Shown here piece after piece: positions 27,588 through 32,000 of a DNA stretch of 32,000 bases (within the stretch, counting starts at the first letter, position 1; every line of letters begins with the position of its first letter). This stretch comes from Archaeoglobus fulgidus DSM 4304 (GTDB taxonomy: Archaea; Halobacteriota; Archaeoglobi; Archaeoglobales; Archaeoglobaceae), in NCBI RefSeq assembly GCF_000008665.1, contig NC_000917.1:480001-512000 (forward strand). The letters are read 5' to 3'. The notes under the pieces were generated by a model, which did not search any database, was not told the origin of the DNA, and worked only from the letters and a program-made list of their open reading frames with translations. The translations under genes and the position numbers were made by a program.

Positions 27588-28001
27588 ATGTCGGAAGAGG
27601 AGACTGTCAAGCAGCTTGAGCCCCTTCTGAAGAAAATAGCGGAGAATCAGGAGCACCTCATAGAGGCGATTGACAAGCTGGTCTGGCTTGAGAAGAGTGG
27701 GAATCTCGATGCTCTGCTTGGATTTTCAGCCCTCATCAAAATCGTTCAGGACTCAATCAGCGATGCGGTGGTGGAGAGGAACATGGAGATGATATCGAAC
27801 ATAGGCTTGATTTCGACCAAGTTCACCAGCGACAGAGCTTTGGTTCTGCTCAACGCTCTTGGAGATGCGATCTGCAGGTGCGAGAGGGAGCCTGAGCCCG
27901 TTGGCATGGTAGGGCTGATGAAAGCACTCAGAGAGCCTGAGGTGCAGAAGGCTCTGGGAATGCTGCTGAACATCGCGAGGGAGCTTGGGAAGAACATATA
28001 A
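27588..28001 (+). CDS. DUF1641-family protein
   Basis: 137 aa: MSEEETVKQLEPLLKKIAENQEHLIEAIDKLVWLEKSGNLDALLGFSALIKIVQDSISD...GLMKALREPEVQKALGMLLNIARELG. Family recognised from memory. Confidence 0.7.
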   Translation: MSEEETVKQLEPLLKKIAENQEHLIEAIDKLVWLEKSGNLDALLGFSALIKIVQDSISDAVVERNMEMISNIGLISTKFTSDRALVLLNALGDAICRCEREPEPVGMVGLMKALREPEVQKALGMLLNIARELGKNI

Positions 28002-28060
28002 ATTTTTTAAACTTTGTTAACAACGTTAACTTTAAATCTTTTTTCTCAGAACAACAACCG

Positions 28061-28858
28061 ATGAATCCAGAAACACTGGAAAAACTGCAGAGGATGAGAG
28101 GATTTCTTGAAGGTTTCAAAGGGGTTGTTATCGCCTTCAGCGGTGGTGTTGACAGCTCAACTCTTGCTGCGGTCTGCAAGGATGCAGGACTTGATGTTCT
28201 GGCAGTAACGGTTGTCTCTCAAAAATCTCCGTCAAGGGAAATTAAAGATGCTGCAAAAATCGCAATGGAAATTGGCGTGAAACACGAGTTTGTCAATATG
28301 GACATTCTGACACCGGAATTCAGGGAAAACACATCTGAGAGGTGCTACTTCTGCAAGAAAAAGGTTCTTTCATCTCTGGTGTCCTTGGCCGAGGAGAGGG
28401 GTTACGATGCAGTTTTTGAAGGGACAAATGCGAGCGATTTAGAAGGGCACAGACCGGGATACAAAGCTGTAAAGGAAATGCACGGGGTTTACAGTCCTTG
28501 GGCTGAATTTGGGATTACGAAGAAGGAAATAAGGATGGTAGCGAAGTCCATGGGGTTTTCGTTTTACGACAAGCCGTCTCTTGCCTGCTTGGCTTCGAGA
28601 ATCCCTTCTGGCGTTGAAATTGACGAGCGAAAGCTGAGAATGGTCGATGAGGCAGAGAATCTGGTGATAGAAATTGCTGGGGTGAGGCAGGTAAGGGTGA
28701 GGAATTATGACGGTGTTGCAGTCGTGGAGGTCGGTGAAGAGGAGATAGGCAAGCTACTCGAAAAAGCGACGATAGTGAGGGACAGGCTGAAGGAAATAGG
28801 ATTTAGATCGGTTCTGGTTGATCTGGAGGGCTACAGAACGGGGAAGCAGCTGTTTTAG
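28061..28858 (+). CDS. larE: ATP-dependent sulfur transferase LarE (PP-loop)
   Basis: 265 aa: VVIAFSGGVDSSTLAAV, ERCYFCKKKVLSSL, VFEGTNASDLEGHRPGYKAV, DKPSLACLASRIPSG. Confidence 0.85.
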   Translation: MNPETLEKLQRMRGFLEGFKGVVIAFSGGVDSSTLAAVCKDAGLDVLAVTVVSQKSPSREIKDAAKIAMEIGVKHEFVNMDILTPEFRENTSERCYFCKKKVLSSLVSLAEERGYDAVFEGTNASDLEGHRPGYKAVKEMHGVYSPWAEFGITKKEIRMVAKSMGFSFYDKPSLACLASRIPSGVEIDERKLRMVDEAENLVIEIAGVRQVRVRNYDGVAVVEVGEEEIGKLLEKATIVRDRLKEIGFRSVLVDLEGYRTGKQLF

Positions 28859-28876
28859 ACATCAATTGCGTCCCCT

Positions 28877-29570
28877 CTAACAACTACATTTGTTGCAAAG
28901 GACACTGCAGCCAAACCACTTTTTTTCGCACACCTTTATCGCAGAATCCAGTATCGCCGCCTTGGACACCACAAGAGGTATTCCGGCTCTCACACATTTC
29001 ATCGCTATACCCCTCGAAATTCTGCCTGACAGTAGCAAGAAAGTCCGGCTCAGGTCAACCCCCATCAATAGAGCCGCCCCTATGGCTTTATCAACAGCGT
29101 TGTGCCTTCCAACGTCGTATCTCCGGACAATTAATCCATCTTTCCCCACTATTGCAGCAATATGATATCCATGTGTTCTCTCATACTCTTCGACGTTAAG
29201 ATAATCCAGAGCCCTTTCTGTCTCGGCATATTGAGAACCTCTCTCCCACTTCAACCTTCCCTACAACTTCATCCTCTCTGTAGATTCCTATGCATCCGGA
29301 AGACCTGATGGTGGATTCGCCCGGATTTCCATTCACATTGACGAAGACCGCATTGCTGTTCTGCAAACAGGGTGCCTCACGGAATTCGATGTCTTCAACA
29401 GATTTGGCAATCCCTTCAGAGATCAGAAATCCAACTGCAAGCTCTTGCAGATTTTTTGGAGTGCACATTATTCTGTATGGTGTTCTACCCACAAAAATCG
29501 TGAACTGATCCTCTTCTGCGAGTTCAAGAGGTTCGCCGATTTTTTCAATCACGTATAGAAGTTTAGCCAT
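28877..29570 (-). pseudogene. fdhD: FdhD-family formate dehydrogenase accessory sulfurtransferase, apparent frameshift
   Basis: The N-terminal ORF (29196-29570: TIFVGRTPYRIMCTPKNLQELAVGFLISEGI...SSGCIGIY) and C-terminal ORF (28877-29254: VRRYDVGRHNAVDKAIGAALL...ISRGIAMKCVRAGIPLVVSKAA) are consecutive parts of FdhD in different frames, junction ~29228-29236. It could be a sequencing error. Confidence 0.75.
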
Positions 29571-29583
29571 AGGTTAAAAACCT
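29571..29583. promoter_or_regulatory. Inverted repeat AGGTT-AAA-AACCT adjoining the fdhD start
   Basis: Read directly: 5-bp arms, starting at the base next to the fdhD start codon (29568-29570). Confidence 0.4.
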
Positions 29584-29608
29584 TAACATTTCCTGCATTA
29601 ACCAAAAC

Positions 29609-29634
29609 CTTTAAATAATTTAGGTTAACCTAAA
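29609..29634 (+). promoter_or_regulatory. feoB promoter: TATA-like TTTAAATA followed by perfect 16-bp palindrome TTTAGGTTAACCTAAA, candidate DtxR-family operator
   Basis: The palindrome at 29619-29634 ends 5 nt before ATG 29640. The TATA-like element at ~29610-29617 follows a BRE-like ccaaaacc. Confidence 0.7.
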
Positions 29635-29639
29635 AATAA

Positions 29640-31561
29640 ATGAAGTGTCACAGTGTTAATCAACCCACAGTGATGGAAAGCAGTCGCAGAAAGGTAGCTC
29701 TTTGGAAATCCGAACGTGGGGAAGAGCGCACTTTTTTACGCATTAACAGGAAAATACGCAACTATTTCAAATTATCCGGGAACCACAGTTGACGTTGCAA
29801 TTGCAAGAATGAGGGATATTGAGGTGATAGACACACCGGGAATGCATTCCTTGGTTCCTGTAACCGGTGAGGAGGAGGTTGCGAGAAGACTGCTTGAGGA
29901 GGTTGATTTGGTAGTTCATGTTGTTGATGCCAAGAACATAAAGAGGGCGCTTCCCTTCACTCTTCAGCTAATCGAGGCGGGTTTTAACGTGATTCTCGTT
30001 CTCAATCTCGTAGATGAGGCTGAGAAGCTCGGTATATTCATCAACGAGAAGATGCTTGAGCAAAGGTTGGGAATTCCCGTGATAAAGACAATCGCAACGG
30101 AGAAGAGGGGCGTGGGTAGCCTGAAGGAGGAGATCAGAAGGAGAATTGATGGGGGAAAGGACGGCAGGCAGGTTATCAGTTCAGCCCCCAGATTGAGAAG
30201 GTTGTCAAGGAAGTTGAAGAGATGCTTGAAGGAGACTACAGCATTTCCAAAAGGGCCATGGCGATTTTGCTGCTTTTAAAAGACCCCATTTCCCTTGAAA
30301 TGGTTAAAAAGGAGAGAAATTATGATAAAATAGTGGAAAGGGTTAACGTCAGCGGTGTTCTCCCCTACGAAATAATGAGGGAGATTTATGAGGATGCGGA
30401 AGAGATGCTAAACGGGGTTATGAGATATGAGGAGACTTCAAAAGGGTTGACAAAGAAAATAGGGGTTCTCTTCCTGAATCCGCTGTTCGGCATTCCCCTC
30501 AGCATCCTGTCCCTCGCCTTTATCTACCTCCTTGCCGGGTATATCGGTGCGCAGATTCTTGTTGATTTTATAGAGACGTGGTTCGAAGAGAACATTAATT
30601 CAGCTGTCAATGCCTTCCTTTACCAGAACGTTCCGAACTACTGGGATCAGGGAGTTGATCGGCGGAGATTACGGGATTATAACGCTGAGCATCAGATACG
30701 CGATAGCAATAATCTTCCCGATAGTGACGACCTTCTTCCTCGCTTTTTCGATTCTGGAGGATTCAAGATTACTACCGAGAACCGCTTATCTGCTCGATGG
30801 AGTCTTCAAGAAAATCGGAATGAGTTGTAGGACTGTCATCCCGCTCCTGCTCGGCACGGGTTGTGGGACGATGGCAGTCATCGTGACCAGAATTCTTGAG
30901 ACATGGAGGGAGAGGATTATAGCCACGGTTTTGCTTGCTGTGGGCATACCATGCAGCGCCCAGCTTGGAGTTATGATTGGTATAGCTCCCGACTTCATAG
31001 CGATGCTGATGTGGATTTCAATCGTCACTGCGGTTCTCCTGATAACCGGATTTTTCGCTTCCAGAATTTTACCGGGAGAGGGCGGTTTTCTTCATGGAAA
31101 TTCCACCGGTGAGAGTGCCGAAGCTTGAGAATGTGTTTTACAAAACCGTGTCGAGGCTTGAGTGGTATTTCAAGGAGGTTCTGCCAATCTTCGTTCTTAT
31201 CAGCTTCCTGATATGAATTGGCAGAATAACCACAGTCTTCGATATTATAATCGCTGCACTGAGCGTTCCGGTTTCGGCTATAGGTCTGCCTGCTGAAGCT
31301 TCAAAGGTGTTCCTATATGGTTTCTTCAGGAGGGATTACGGTGCTGCAGGACTTTTCGATATTGCTGGCGAGGGTTTGCTCGGATACAATCAGATTCTGG
31401 TGGCCATGGTTACTCTTACACTCTTCGTTCCCTGCGTAGCGCAGTTCAGCGTAGTATGCAAGGAGAGAGGACTTAGACAGGGGGTGCTTGTTTTTGTGCT
31501 TTCCGTAACGATAGCCTTTACTACAGGCTTTGTAACCGCCTTAATGTTAGGGGTGGTGTGA
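29640..31561 (+). pseudogene. feoB: Ferrous iron transporter FeoB with several frame disruptions
   Basis: Pieces in changing frames: MKCHSVNQPTVMESSRRKVAL / GNPNVGKSALFYALTGKYATISNYPGTTVDVA...DTPGMHSL...VLNLVDEAE / MLEGDYSISKRAMAILLLLKD...NVPNYW / IRELIGGDYGIITLSIRYAIAIIFPIVTTFFLAFSILEDSRLLPRTAYLLDGVFKKIG / FMEIPPVRVPKLENVFYKTVSRLEWYFKEVLPIFVLISFLI* / IGRITTVFDIII...EGLLGYNQILVAMVTLTLFVPCVAQFSVVCKERG. Disruptions near 29704, 30187, 30643 and 31083, plus TGA at 31214-31216. Confidence 0.85.
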
Positions 31562-32000
31562 TTGATTTCAGAAAAAGCGGAGAATACTCTGAGAGAAATG
31601 TGGATGGCTGAAGAGGAGGGCAAGGAAGTAGATAAGAATTCCTTCGATGAGGGGGGTGATTGAGGAGCTTGAAAGGGAGGGGCTTGTGGGCGTAAAGGAC
31701 GGAAAGCTTGTTTTTACATAGGATGGGAGAAAGAGGGCTGAGAAAATCGTAAGACTTCACAGACTCGCCGAAAGGCTTCTCAGCGATATTCTTGGCTTTA
31801 AAGATGTAGAGGAGCATGCGTGCAGGTTCGAACATCTGATAGACGATGAGGCGGAGGAGGCAATCTGCACCCTTCTCGGCCATCCTCAGGTTTGTCCTCA
31901 CGGAAGGACAATTCCTGCAGGAAATTGTTGCATAATAAAAGAGACAGAGGTTGAGAGAGTAATCTACAGGCTAAGCGAACTCTCGCAGGGAGACGAGCGG
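31562..32000 (+). pseudogene. DtxR/MntR-family iron-dependent regulator (partial at right edge), apparently disrupted
   Basis: LISEKAENTLREMWMAEEEGKEVDKNSFDEG / VIEELEREGLVGVKDGKLVFT*DGRKRAEKIVRLHRLAERLLSDILGFKDVEEHACRFEHLIDDEAEEAICTLLGHPQVCPHGRTIP...LSELSQGDE. Extra G at G6 (31651-31656) and in-frame TAG at 31719-31721. Confidence 0.75.

Noticed and set aside
31521-31901. Reverse ORF of 126 aa over the DtxR-family region
   Set aside because: The forward strand encodes recognisable DtxR-family sequence once frame breaks are corrected; the reverse translation is featureless.
1-32000. tRNA/rRNA genes, transposases, CRISPR arrays
   Set aside because: I saw no tRNA T-arm-like GGTTCRANYCC context with a cloverleaf, no rRNA segments, no transposase-like ORF and no regular repeat array by eye. 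tRNAscan-SE or Infernal would be needed to exclude small RNAs.

Overview
This 32 kb window looks like chromosomal DNA of an Archaeoglobus-type euryarchaeon. That assignment rests on recalled protein similarity and archaeal promoter/SD signals; no database was searched. Left to right it carries: aIF2-alpha (partial); pyrK; a small wHTH gene; an A+T-rich gap; a gyrB / E1-like / beta-CASP nuclease / phosphoesterase run; ftsZ-secE-nusG-rpl11; a GPN GTPase; two membrane/coiled-coil genes; and a radical SAM gene. These are followed by two divergent modules of membrane b-type cytochrome plus HdrD/DsrK-like Fe-S proteins, thrS, an MTA/SAH deaminase and thrC. Next is a dense sulfur-carrier block: ThiS/MoaD-like, ThiF/MoeB-like, TusA, DsrE, TusA, SQR-like flavoprotein, DUF1641, LarE and FdhD. 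The window ends with feoB and a DtxR-type regulator. The most interesting points are: (1) the sulfur-trafficking locus as a candidate integrated system; (2) a near-perfect DtxR-type operator between the TATA box and start of feoB, while feoB and dtxR themselves contain indels and in-frame stops; (3) near-identical DNA blocks in the tandem HdrD-like genes, suggesting gene conversion; (4) an E1-like protein next to gyrB that lacks the usual catalytic-Cys segment; (5) a 23-aa cysteine-rich mini-ORF in the A+T-rich island upstream of gyrB. Apparent frameshifts in gyrB and the radical SAM gene sit mostly at or near short homopolymers, so sequence error must be excluded first.
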